64,000 nt of DNA from Bacteroidota bacterium (GCA_022709665.1 JAKLIJ010000001.1:2131-66130); one strand, 5' to 3'. Counted from the first letter of the stretch, positions 9,632 through 18,214 are shown. The notes: generated by a model from the sequence alone, not told the origin. Made by a program: numbers and translations.

Positions 9632-10390
9632 ATGGAAACGTCTAAGAATTACACACTGGTCCCGACTTTCGGGAACAGTTTCGGAACAGGATTCAGGGTC
9701 ATGTCGGATAATTTTCTCAGATTGCTTCTGGTAACTCTGGTCCTTGTCATACTAACTGCTCCATTCAGCGGCAGCGGTTTCCGATTCGATCCTGAAGACC
9801 TGCCTCATGGCGCTTTCGACTGGGGTAAACTCTTCGGCAATAATCTTCAGAGCCTCTTCGCTGTCGGCGCCCTTGGCATGCTGGGGATCTTTGTCGGACT
9901 GATAGCCCTCGCCTATACTTTCCTGGCTGCCCCTGTAATCTCCTATGGCGGCGATTTTATCTTCGTGGAAGCAGTCAGAGGAAAGAAACCCGATTTTGAA
10001 CTGCTTATAAAGGGATTCTGGACGAACTACTTTTATATTATACTGGCAAACCTGCTGGTTACAGCACTTGTGGTGTTGGGTTTTTTCATGCTTATAGTAC
10101 CGGGAATCATAATCGCATGCAGACTGGTCTTCGTGTCATATATTGTTATGGATAAAAAGCTCGATCCTATTGAAGCTGTCGAACTCAGCTGGAAACTTAC
10201 CCGGGGACACGGATGGAGGATATTCGCAATGGGCATTACTTCATTCTTTATATTCATATTCGGAATGCTGATGCTGATCGTGGGAATACTTCCTGCTATC
10301 ATGTGGATCTCCAGCTCCTTTGCAACGCTCTACCAGTCAGTTCTTATCCAGAAGGAAAAACCGGCTGAGATTCAGGAAGCCGCTGCATAA
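9632..10390 (+). CDS. Hypothetical integral membrane protein
   Basis: 252-aa ORF with several long hydrophobic stretches, followed by a strong terminator. The family is not confidently recognised. Confidence 0.65.
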   Translation: METSKNYTLVPTFGNSFGTGFRVMSDNFLRLLLVTLVLVILTAPFSGSGFRFDPEDLPHGAFDWGKLFGNNLQSLFAVGALGMLGIFVGLIALAYTFLAAPVISYGGDFIFVEAVRGKKPDFELLIKGFWTNYFYIILANLLVTALVVLGFFMLIVPGIIIACRLVFVSYIVMDKKLDPIEAVELSWKLTRGHGWRIFAMGITSFFIFIFGMLMLIVGILPAIMWISSSFATLYQSVLIQKEKPAEIQEAAA

Positions 10391-10420
10391 TAAGCCGCCC
10401 TGAAATCAGTCAGACACTTT

Positions 10421-10454
10421 AAGCCCGGTAAAAAATACCGGGCTTTCTGTTTTC
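10421..10454 (+). terminator. Rho-independent terminator
   Basis: 10-bp perfect stem aagcccggta/taccgggctt with an AAAAA loop, followed by tttctgtttt. It lies 30 nt after the stop at 10390. Confidence 0.85.
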
Positions 10455-10477
10455 ACGGAATAAAAAATCATATTTAT

Positions 10478-10554
10478 GATATTAAAATGATATAGAAAAG
10501 ATATATATATAATATTTAATAGATATTGAAATAATATTATTTAGATATCATCTG
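10478..10554. repeat. Seven consecutive degenerate 11-bp units, each starting RATAT
   Basis: Units read at 10478 gatattaaaat, 10489 gatatagaaaa, 10500 gatatatatat, 10511 aatatttaata, 10522 gatattgaaat, 10533 aatattattta, 10544 gatatcatctg. Confidence 0.85.
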
Positions 10555-10689
10555 GCATGTTTTCTCACACCCTTAGGCCTTCAAGCCATCCGTCTTCTGT
10601 CCGTCGTCTTACGTCTTCCGTCAAAATTCATATTCACCATTTTCAGAAATTTCTTATATTTAAATTTCATCTCACAAAAAACTGATTAC

Positions 10690-11571
10690 ATGAAAAAGAG
10701 GACTATTATCATTGTATTATCCCTGCTGGTTGCTCTGCCGCATTCGCTTGATGCTCAGATCGGCGGGGCGCTGAAAAGCAGGCTTAACAAGGCTATCAAC
10801 AAGGCTGTGGATAACAAGGCGGATTCTGTTGCAAAGGAAAAACAGGATGAGCAGGCTGCTCCCGGACGACCCGGTCTCGGCGGATTGCTCGGAGGCAAGA
10901 CCGACATTCCGCACAGCGATGTTTACAACTTTACAGGCAGGATACATTCGGTGATGGAGAGCTATGACAAGAAGGATGTGACCAGATCCGACTATTTCAC
11001 ATACTACAATGCAAATACGGCAAACGCAGGCATCGAGATAAAAATCCAGAATCCTGACAATAAGCAGGAGTCAATACCCGCCATATTTATTTTCGACAGC
11101 GAAAACAGGGCTTTTATGATCCTGATGGAAGGGGAAGGTTCAAAGACCGGCATAATTTCAACAATACCTGACGAGTCGGAAATGGAAGCTCAGGCAAAGG
11201 ATCCCGGAGGGAAGCCTGAGAAAGCTCCGACCATCACCAGGACAGGTAAAACAAAGGTTATCGCCGGCTATAAATGCGATGAATACAAGGTTGTAGAGGA
11301 GGGAGAGGAAGGTTATTCAATGATCTGGATGACCAATGATGTAAAGATAAAAGCCGACAGGAGGAACTGGGGCAAAACGGGAATGCCCAGTTATTATGGT
11401 TATCCCGGGTTTGAAAATTCCATCATGCTTGGACTTGAAGGATATGACAAGACCGGAAAGATGGAAATGAAAATGGAAACTCAGGAAATAAACGACAATT
11501 TCAGGCACACTATGTCAACTGAAGGTTACTCCTTTATTAAAATGAATTTCGGGCAGGCCGGGAAAAAATAA
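10690..11571 (+). CDS. Secreted protein of unknown function (possibly DUF4412-like)
   Basis: 293 aa with a signal peptide (VLSLLVALPHSLDAQ). The mid/C-terminal part (..VIAGYKCDEYKV..) resembles DUF4412 proteins. This assignment is from memory and not verified. Confidence 0.6.
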   Translation: MKKRTIIIVLSLLVALPHSLDAQIGGALKSRLNKAINKAVDNKADSVAKEKQDEQAAPGRPGLGGLLGGKTDIPHSDVYNFTGRIHSVMESYDKKDVTRSDYFTYYNANTANAGIEIKIQNPDNKQESIPAIFIFDSENRAFMILMEGEGSKTGIISTIPDESEMEAQAKDPGGKPEKAPTITRTGKTKVIAGYKCDEYKVVEEGEEGYSMIWMTNDVKIKADRRNWGKTGMPSYYGYPGFENSIMLGLEGYDKTGKMEMKMETQEINDNFRHTMSTEGYSFIKMNFGQAGKK

Positions 11572-11578
11572 ACTCTGC

Positions 11579-13867
11579 TTAATTTCTGGTTAGTTTTGCA
11601 AAACGGAGGAGAAGCTTCTTTTTACCGTGATTTTGAAAATCAACAGTTGCGGTTGTATTGGGGGCTTCTCCTTCAATCGAAACGACAGTACCGTTTCCAA
11701 ATCGTTCATGACTCACGCTGTCGCCCGTTGAAAGATCGCCTGGGACACCTGAGCTTCCTTCAGAAGAAGAATATGAAGCTTTGGGCGCAGAGATCTTTTT
11801 TAATCTCGACGGGGCAGTGTACCTGACCGGATCCTTAGCGGCAGTGAGGGTTTCAGTTCCGCTTACTTTCGGGCTTTTGGAAAAAGGTTTTCCTCCGGTC
11901 TGCGGATAATCGAGAAATTTTTTATCCATCTCAAGAAGAAACCTGCTTGGACCGCTTCTTTCAAGATTGCCCCATTTGTACCTGTTGAGTGCATAGCTCA
12001 GGGTCGCCATTTTCCCGGCACGTGTCAGGGCAACATAAAAGAGCCGCCTTTCTTCTTCGATCTCCCTCGGGTTCCCTGCTGAAAGAGGCGACGGGAAAAG
12101 GGTGTCTTCCATCCCGGCAATATATACATACCTGAACTCCAGTCCTTTGGCGGAATGCATGGTCATTAGTGTAACCTTGTCGCGGTCCTCCGCCTTCTCA
12201 TTGTCCTGGTCGGTAAGAAGCGATACTGTCGACATGTATGCCTCGAGTGACGCCGGCTCTCCATTGGTCTCAGCTGATTCCGTAAATATCTTTATGCCGT
12301 TGAGAAGCTCTTCAAGGTTCTCATACCTGCTCACCTCCTCCGGCGATTTACCTTCCCTTAACTCCTTTATGATCCCCGATCCCATTGCTATCTCTCGCGC
12401 CTTGGAATAGGCATCGGTGTCTGCCAGATCCTTTCGGAAAGCATTAACAATATCAAGATAGGCCCTGAGTCTTGTGACTGTTCCCTGGTTTAAGCCTGGA
12501 ACTCCCTGGTGGCTTCCGGCAATAACCTGCCAGGCCGATGTTCCGGTTTCGGAGGCCAGTTCGAGTATCCTGTTCACAGTGGTGTCGCCTATCCCTCTTT
12601 TCGGATAATTGATGGTTCTTTTAAAAGCCTCTTCATCTTCGGGATTGATAACCATCCTGAAATAAGCAAGGATGTCCTTTATCTCCTTTCTCTCATAGAA
12701 TGAAAGGCCGCCGTATATCTTATATGGTATGTTCTTCTTTCTCAGAGTCTCCTCAAAGATCCTCGACTGGGCATTGGTACGGTAGAGAATGGCAAAGTCG
12801 GACCAGACAAGCTGGCGGGAGTATTTTTTATCGAAGATGTCAGAGGCTATATTGAATCCTTCTTCCGTGTCGGTCATAGCCTGCATCACCTGGATATTTT
12901 CCCCGGTTTCGTTTTTTGAGAAGACTTTTTTATGGATCTGTCCTTCATTGTTCGCTATCACTGTGTTGGCAGCATTCACTATCGTCTGCGTCGACCTGTA
13001 GTTCTGCTCAAGTTTGAACAGCCTGTATTCGGGATAATCGTTCCTGAATTCCAGGATATTCTCTATTCTGGCTCCCCTGAAAGAGTAAATGCTCTGGGCA
13101 TCGTCGCCCACAACACAGATGTTCCTCCGGGCCGCTGCCAGTTTTCTGACAATCAGGTACTGGCTGTAATTTGTATCCTGGTATTCGTCGACAAGGACGT
13201 AGTGGAATTTTTCCTGGTAGGCTGCAAGAACATCGGGAAAATCCCTGAAAAGTATATTGGTGTTAAGGAGCAGATCGTCAAAATCCATGGCGTTAGCCCT
13301 GAAACACCGGGCGGCATAGGTCCTGTAAATCTCATACATAAGGGGCATCCTGGCCGACTTGTCGTATTCCTGAAGTCCTGAATCGGAAGCATAAATACTG
13401 GCAGTCACAAGATTGTTCTTGGATGCTGATATTCGTGATGCAATGGCCCCAGGCTTGTAAACACTGTCGTCGAGGCTCATTTCCTTTATAATAGCGCGGA
13501 TCAGGCTTTTTGAATCTGAAGAGTCGTAAATTGTGAAGTTTTGCTTGTATCCAAGCCTTGAGCCTTCAGCCCTGAGTATCCTTGCAAAAATTGAATGAAA
13601 GGTCCCCATCCATAAGAACCGGGCCACTTCAGGATCGACCAGAGCGGAGATCCTTTCCCTCATCTCGCCTGCAGCCTTGTTCGTAAACGTGAGAGCCAGT
13701 ATCCTCCATGCCGGAACCTTTTGGTTAAGAAGATGAACTATCCGGTAGGTGAGAACCCTGGTTTTGCCCGATCCGGCGCCGGCGATAACAAGAGCCGGAC
13801 CTTCAGTGTTTATCACTGCAAGCCTCTGAGCTTCATTTAGTTCCTCGAGGTACTTACCTGTCATCAA
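11579..13867 (-). CDS. UvrD/Rep/PcrA-family ATP-dependent DNA helicase
   Basis: 762 aa. Helicase motifs: AGAGSGKTRVLTYRI (Walker A/motif I), LVDEYQDTN (motif II), VGDDAQSIYSFRGA (motif III), MTMHSAKGLEF (motif V/VI region), VALTRA. It has a C-terminal Tudor-like tail. Confidence 0.92.
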   Translation of the reverse strand: MMTGKYLEELNEAQRLAVINTEGPALVIAGAGSGKTRVLTYRIVHLLNQKVPAWRILALTFTNKAAGEMRERISALVDPEVARFLWMGTFHSIFARILRAEGSRLGYKQNFTIYDSSDSKSLIRAIIKEMSLDDSVYKPGAIASRISASKNNLVTASIYASDSGLQEYDKSARMPLMYEIYRTYAARCFRANAMDFDDLLLNTNILFRDFPDVLAAYQEKFHYVLVDEYQDTNYSQYLIVRKLAAARRNICVVGDDAQSIYSFRGARIENILEFRNDYPEYRLFKLEQNYRSTQTIVNAANTVIANNEGQIHKKVFSKNETGENIQVMQAMTDTEEGFNIASDIFDKKYSRQLVWSDFAILYRTNAQSRIFEETLRKKNIPYKIYGGLSFYERKEIKDILAYFRMVINPEDEEAFKRTINYPKRGIGDTTVNRILELASETGTSAWQVIAGSHQGVPGLNQGTVTRLRAYLDIVNAFRKDLADTDAYSKAREIAMGSGIIKELREGKSPEEVSRYENLEELLNGIKIFTESAETNGEPASLEAYMSTVSLLTDQDNEKAEDRDKVTLMTMHSAKGLEFRYVYIAGMEDTLFPSPLSAGNPREIEEERRLFYVALTRAGKMATLSYALNRYKWGNLERSGPSRFLLEMDKKFLDYPQTGGKPFSKSPKVSGTETLTAAKDPVRYTAPSRLKKISAPKASYSSSEGSSGVPGDLSTGDSVSHERFGNGTVVSIEGEAPNTTATVDFQNHGKKKLLLRFAKLTRN

Positions 13868-14083
13868 ACGATTTGGTTACAGCTTAACGGGTTGCGCAAA
13901 TTTAATAAATAGTGCTTCAGGAGGGACTGATGTTGATAACTTGGTTTCCAAACTTATCAACATTATCTTTATACTTGCAGCATGTTATAACAAAGATTCC
14001 GGTATAACGTTATCAGGTTAAACAAGGCGCCTCTCAGAACCTTTTGCATAGTTTCTGAAAAGACTCCGAAAGAAAAACAGCCA

Positions 14084-15313
14084 GTGCGAATAAGGTTATT
14101 TATTGCAGCCATACTGTTATCTTCCGTTGCGACAGGTCAGATCACTGCCCCGGGGATGCATTCGCTTAGGTACACAAGCTATCCTTCAGCTCCTTCCGTA
14201 AAAGATCCCATGTTCTTTTTCTGCAATTCACAGGGAACCTCATCCGCTGCGCTTAATGCCGCCAGCCCCGGAGGTGTGGGGCCATTTACATTTTCCTGGT
14301 TCAGATGGAGCGACGCCACCAGGGGATTTACAGACCCGGTGACATCACAAACCGGCGTTATGAACTCCACGGCTGCAAACCTGACGGAGGGAGGATACCG
14401 GGTGAATATCAGCAACAGTCAGGGCTACAGCACATCACTTACTGCATGGATATTCTACGACAGCTCTCCGGGAGCATCAGCCAGGCTTGCAAACAATACC
14501 TGCGACTACGTAGCGCTCGACGGCGATACTTCTTCGGTTATCAGAAGGTTCTATTACAGGGATCCGGCAAACGGCAGCAACCTGGGACTTAAAAATGAGA
14601 TATCCTTCACTTGGTCATCCGACCCGGAATCGGTAATTCCTTTCCCATCCATCGAACTGAATCCGATCACCTTTACCCCGCCCCTGGAGGATGTAACCTA
14701 CAGGCTCAGGGTAAGCACTCTCGGGTGCGCCACAGAAGCATCATTCTTCTATGAGTCGATCCACGTCAAAGCCGATTTCACGGTAAGCCCTGTTGAAGGG
14801 GAGGCTCCTCTCGAAGTCACTTTAACTGATAAATCAGTAAGGGCAGCCACATACCTTTGGGAATTCGGCGACGATTCAATTTCGACCGAAAAGGACCCGG
14901 GTCCCCATACTTATTATATTCCCGACGAATATTCGGTGAAACTCACGGTTGAAAGCCAGCTTCACTGCATCGATTCGATGAGATTCAATGATATAGTTGT
15001 GGAACCATCGGCTCTGGCCATCCCCAATGTGTTCACTCCCAATGAGGACGGATTAAACGACAGGTTCATGATCGACAAACGGTCCCTCAGATACGTGAGC
15101 GTTGTTGTCTTCAGCCGCGCCGGGATCAAGGTTTATGATTTTCAGGGCGAAGGCCAGATACTTAAGGAGTGGGACGGATGGGACGGAAATGTCGGAAACT
15201 CGTCAGCCAAGGCAAGCCCCGGCGTGTACTACTATATTATAAAAGCCCTCGGCTGGGACGACGTGAAATATGACAGCAAAGAGTACAGAGGGTTTGTTTA
15301 CCTCTACAGATAA
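14084..15313 (+). CDS. Surface protein with PKD domain and T9SS type-B (gliding-motility-associated) C-terminal sorting domain
   Basis: 409 aa with a GTG start and signal peptide. It has a PKD-like segment (APLEVTLTDKS..YLWEFGDD..HTY..YSVKLTV) and a C-terminus IPNVFTPNEDGLNDRF...GVYYYII...GFVYLYR, characteristic of the type-B CTD. Confidence 0.85.
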   Translation: MRIRLFIAAILLSSVATGQITAPGMHSLRYTSYPSAPSVKDPMFFFCNSQGTSSAALNAASPGGVGPFTFSWFRWSDATRGFTDPVTSQTGVMNSTAANLTEGGYRVNISNSQGYSTSLTAWIFYDSSPGASARLANNTCDYVALDGDTSSVIRRFYYRDPANGSNLGLKNEISFTWSSDPESVIPFPSIELNPITFTPPLEDVTYRLRVSTLGCATEASFFYESIHVKADFTVSPVEGEAPLEVTLTDKSVRAATYLWEFGDDSISTEKDPGPHTYYIPDEYSVKLTVESQLHCIDSMRFNDIVVEPSALAIPNVFTPNEDGLNDRFMIDKRSLRYVSVVVFSRAGIKVYDFQGEGQILKEWDGWDGNVGNSSAKASPGVYYYIIKALGWDDVKYDSKEYRGFVYLYR

Positions 15314-15323
15314 TGCTGGCAGA

Positions 15324-15354
15324 CGGTACGAGGCGTGCGGTACGCGGTACGCGG
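15324..15354. repeat. Short 7-bp tandem repeat (cggtacg)
   Basis: cggtacg aggcgtg cggtacg cggtacg cggc, starting 11 nt after the stop at 15313. Confidence 0.8.
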
Positions 15355-15386
15355 CAAATGGGTTCAGGCATAAGCCTTAATCCACC

Positions 15387-15482
15387 GTCATTGCGAGTCC
15401 CTCCTCAGCAGGACGAAACTGACTCCTTAGCCCTTTAATACTACTGTCATTGCGAGTCCCGCATTGGCGGGACGAAGCAATC
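15387..15482. repeat. Two copies of a ~37-nt hairpin element sharing 'gtcattgcgagtcc...ggacgaa'
   Basis: Copy 1 is 15387-15423 and copy 2 is 15446-15482. Copy 2 folds as attgc-ga-gtcccgc-attg-gcgggac-gaa-gcaat. They lie between convergent genes, and are probably a REP-like element or bidirectional terminator. Confidence 0.7.
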
Positions 15483-15498
15483 TTTTGCCCCTAATGCC

Positions 15499-16614
15499 TT
15501 ATATAGTTATCTTCCTCTTCCTTCCTTCAACCTCCCATTCTCCGGTCACCATCCCTTGTTCCGCAACATAAACTTTATTATAGCGGTCGACTGTCGGACA
15601 TATGTGCCAGGGAATACAATAGAGGACATCACCTATGTTCAGTCTTTCTCCTTTTCCTGGTCTGATGACCATATGTTCCTCGTTGTGGGTAACAAATTCG
15701 TAATTATCCATTCCCAGGATTTTTATCCTGGGATGAGGCATCTCGGAAGCCACAGCTTTTGTTCCCAGATCGATGCATACCAGCCCTTCAGCCGGTTTGC
15801 TTATAACCCTTGAAAGCAAAACTGCCGCATGAAGAAACTGAAGGTCGGCAAAGGAGGAACTGTAACCATAATCCCACAGGGTTGTAGTACCCGGACTTAC
15901 TTCCACTCCTTCACGGGCTGCATGAATGGGGAAAGTAGGTGTTCCGCCGGCAATAATCCTCAAACTATGTCCGTCTGACCTAAGCTCCCTTATCATAGGT
16001 TCGACAGTTCTGTAAGCTTCATCGCACATTTGCTTCCTGATCGTATAATCACTCTTATGCAAATGTCCGTCATATACATGGAGTCCCTGAGGATCAATTC
16101 CCGGCAGGCTTTTCAGACTTCTGAACAGCTGAACTGCTTTCGGCCCGGGAGCTATCCCGGTCCTGTTCATTCCATTATTTATATCAATCCATACTCTGGC
16201 AGGAATGCCAGAAGCGACTGACATTTCCGAAAGCCGGGCTGCCACCTCCTCATTATCAAGAAGACAGGAAAAGGACGATCCGGAGTATTTCTCCTGAAGC
16301 TCAAAGAACCTTCTTATATTGGGGCCCACTGGCTGATAGGCCAGCAGTATCTCATCAGGCCCGCATCCGGCTGACATCTCGGCTTCAGCAATGGTGGCGC
16401 ATTTAAACCTGGTGATGCCGTGTTTGATCATCAGTCGGACGATTTCAGGCATCTTGTGAGTTTTGACATGAGACCACAACAGAGATTTATCCTTAACCGA
16501 AGCAATCATTCTTTCAATGTTTTCCACAATTCTTTCAGGATAAACCAGAAGTGCGGGAGAATTGATTTCGTCAGGATTTGATATTCTGAACCATTGATCT
16601 GAATCCTGAATCAT
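15499..16614 (-). CDS. PLP-dependent D-threonine aldolase / D-serine dehydratase-like enzyme (alanine-racemase-fold N-domain)
   Basis: 371 aa. It has PALLVY...I..N...M followed by the HVKTHK PLP-lysine motif, and a C-terminal HEEH..V-type metal/beta-domain typical of the DSD1/D-TA family. Confidence 0.75.
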   Translation of the reverse strand: MIQDSDQWFRISNPDEINSPALLVYPERIVENIERMIASVKDKSLLWSHVKTHKMPEIVRLMIKHGITRFKCATIAEAEMSAGCGPDEILLAYQPVGPNIRRFFELQEKYSGSSFSCLLDNEEVAARLSEMSVASGIPARVWIDINNGMNRTGIAPGPKAVQLFRSLKSLPGIDPQGLHVYDGHLHKSDYTIRKQMCDEAYRTVEPMIRELRSDGHSLRIIAGGTPTFPIHAAREGVEVSPGTTTLWDYGYSSSFADLQFLHAAVLLSRVISKPAEGLVCIDLGTKAVASEMPHPRIKILGMDNYEFVTHNEEHMVIRPGKGERLNIGDVLYCIPWHICPTVDRYNKVYVAEQGMVTGEWEVEGRKRKITI

Positions 16615-16618
16615 CGTG

Positions 16619-17086
16619 TCAGCTTTTAAGTTCGAACACAGCTTCTATTTCCACGGCAATTCCTGAGGGGAGGAACATTCCCACTGCGCTTCTGACTCCA
16701 ATGCCATTGTCAGGTCCGAATACTTCTGCCATCAGTTCGCTGAAGCCGTTTATAACTGCCGGGTGCTGCTCAAATTCCGGAGTGCTGTTAACCATCCCGA
16801 GTGTCTTCACTATCCTGCGGATCCTGTTCAGATCGCCGATATTTGCCTTTATTAATGACAGCATTGCAAGTCCGGCCTGCCTGGCTGCAAACTTTCCTTC
16901 CTCAAGTGTCAGGTTGCCTCCAACCTTTCCCTTTATAAGTGAACCGTCATTTTTGAACGGACCGGTGCCCGAGATATAAAGCAAGTTACCGCAAATCAGA
17001 ACCGGTTTATACACACCCATCGGCTTTGGTGCAGGAGGCAGTTCAAGACCCAGTTCACTGATCATCTTTTCGGGATATTTTTCCAT
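16619..17086 (-). CDS. ridA: RidA/YjgF/UK114-family reactive-intermediate deaminase
   Basis: 155 aa with typical RidA-family size and motifs (..LYISGTGP.., ..RSAVG....LP.GI.VEIE..). It sits 4 nt upstream of the PLP enzyme gene. Confidence 0.8.
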   Translation of the reverse strand: MEKYPEKMISELGLELPPAPKPMGVYKPVLICGNLLYISGTGPFKNDGSLIKGKVGGNLTLEEGKFAARQAGLAMLSLIKANIGDLNRIRRIVKTLGMVNSTPEFEQHPAVINGFSELMAEVFGPDNGIGVRSAVGMFLPSGIAVEIEAVFELKS

Positions 17087-17161
17087 GATTTGAATATAAA
17101 GTGATTTGGTTAAAATTATTTTCTGTAAGGAAATTTAAAATTATCAATTAATTGGAAAATA

Positions 17162-17235
17162 CCCCCTTCCCAACCTTCCCCCAAGGGGGACGGGGCCTGC
17201 AAAGCCTTTCCCCCCTGGGGGAATCGGGAAAGGGG
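17162..17235. repeat. G/C-tract composite hairpin element
   Basis: cccccttccc...cccccaaggggg...ggcctgcaaagcc...cccccctggggg...gggaaaggggg. The outer arms (17163-72 / 17226-35) and two inner C5-6/G5 hairpins can form a multi-branch structure. It starts immediately after the phzF-like stop codon on the minus strand. Confidence 0.75.
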
Positions 17236-17236
17236 G

Positions 17237-18040
17237 TCATGAAACAACCAGTTCCCCCCTGAATATTGTTACCGCCTGTCCCGCAATCTCAACCCTGTCG
17301 CCCCTGAGGGATACCTTTAATATACCTCCGCGTGCCGATACCTGGTGCGACATGAATTCCTTCTTTCCTGTCTTTTTGTTCCAGAAAGCCGCCAGGGCGC
17401 AATGAGCCGAGCCGGTAACCGGATCTTCGTCTATTCCGACAGCGGGGGCAAAACATCTTACTGTGAAGTCAAACCGCGGATCGGAAGACGGAGCTGTTAC
17501 GATAAGATCACCCCACGGAGAATTTTTCAGGGAGGCAAAGTCGGGCTTCAGACTCCTTACTTCTTCTTCACTCCCGAGAAGCACAAAAGCCCAGCCGTGT
17601 GCTGTTCTGTGAAATTCCTCAGGAGTTGCTCCAATATACCTGGCCAGTTCCTCAGGAATCTCATTCTGAACAAGTTCGTATAATGGGAAGTTCATTATTA
17701 TCCATTCATCCGCCAGCCTGATTTCAAGCTTGCCCGCTAAGGATGAAAAAATGATGGTCTCATTTCTTCCAGCCATTCCGGTGGTGAACATGATGTGCGC
17801 AGAGGAAAGAGTTGCGTGTCCGCACAATGGAATTTCAGAAGAGGGGGTGAAATAGCGGATATTCCAGTTGCCGCTGTCCTTCCATATAAAGGCAGTCTCC
17901 GAAAGGTTCATCTCGGCCGCGAAGTTCTGCATCCATTCTCGGGGCATTTCCTTACCCGGGAAACATACCCCTGCCGGATTTCCCCTGAATGGTTCGGTTG
18001 TAAAAGCATCTACCTGGAATATTAATTTATTGTCTTGCAT
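17237..18040 (-). CDS. PhzF-family isomerase-like protein
   Basis: 267 aa. N-terminus ..FQVDAFT..PF.GNPAGV.. with an internal LSETAF and a second-half CGHATL..A and GSAHCAL motif, typical of the PhzF/YddE family. Confidence 0.85.
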   Translation of the reverse strand: MQDNKLIFQVDAFTTEPFRGNPAGVCFPGKEMPREWMQNFAAEMNLSETAFIWKDSGNWNIRYFTPSSEIPLCGHATLSSAHIMFTTGMAGRNETIIFSSLAGKLEIRLADEWIIMNFPLYELVQNEIPEELARYIGATPEEFHRTAHGWAFVLLGSEEEVRSLKPDFASLKNSPWGDLIVTAPSSDPRFDFTVRCFAPAVGIDEDPVTGSAHCALAAFWNKKTGKKEFMSHQVSARGGILKVSLRGDRVEIAGQAVTIFRGELVVS

Positions 18041-18214
18041 GGCATCTTGTTTATTTTCAGCATCAAAGGAATTTCATTATACATCTTTTTGATAAGGTCC
18101 GGACGACTGCTAATAAAAGCCCGCCCTGGAGTGTTGAGGGTAAAATCCCTTTGGCCTTTCGCAGTTCACCGGTAAATTTCGTGCTTTTACGGGATTTATC
18201 AGAAATTTAACGAA

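Noticed and set aside
13930-13963. TTATCAACA / TGTTGATAA arms as DnaA boxes (oriC), together with the similar tgttgataac at 47779 and TGTTATAACA at 59356.
   Set aside because: Each differs from the TTATCCACA consensus at a conserved position. There is no dnaA/dnaN context, no cluster of several boxes and no adjacent AT-rich unwinding element. The shared 12-mer tgttgataactt at two sites is within chance expectation for a 64-kb window (on the order of 100 random 12-mer coincidences expected).
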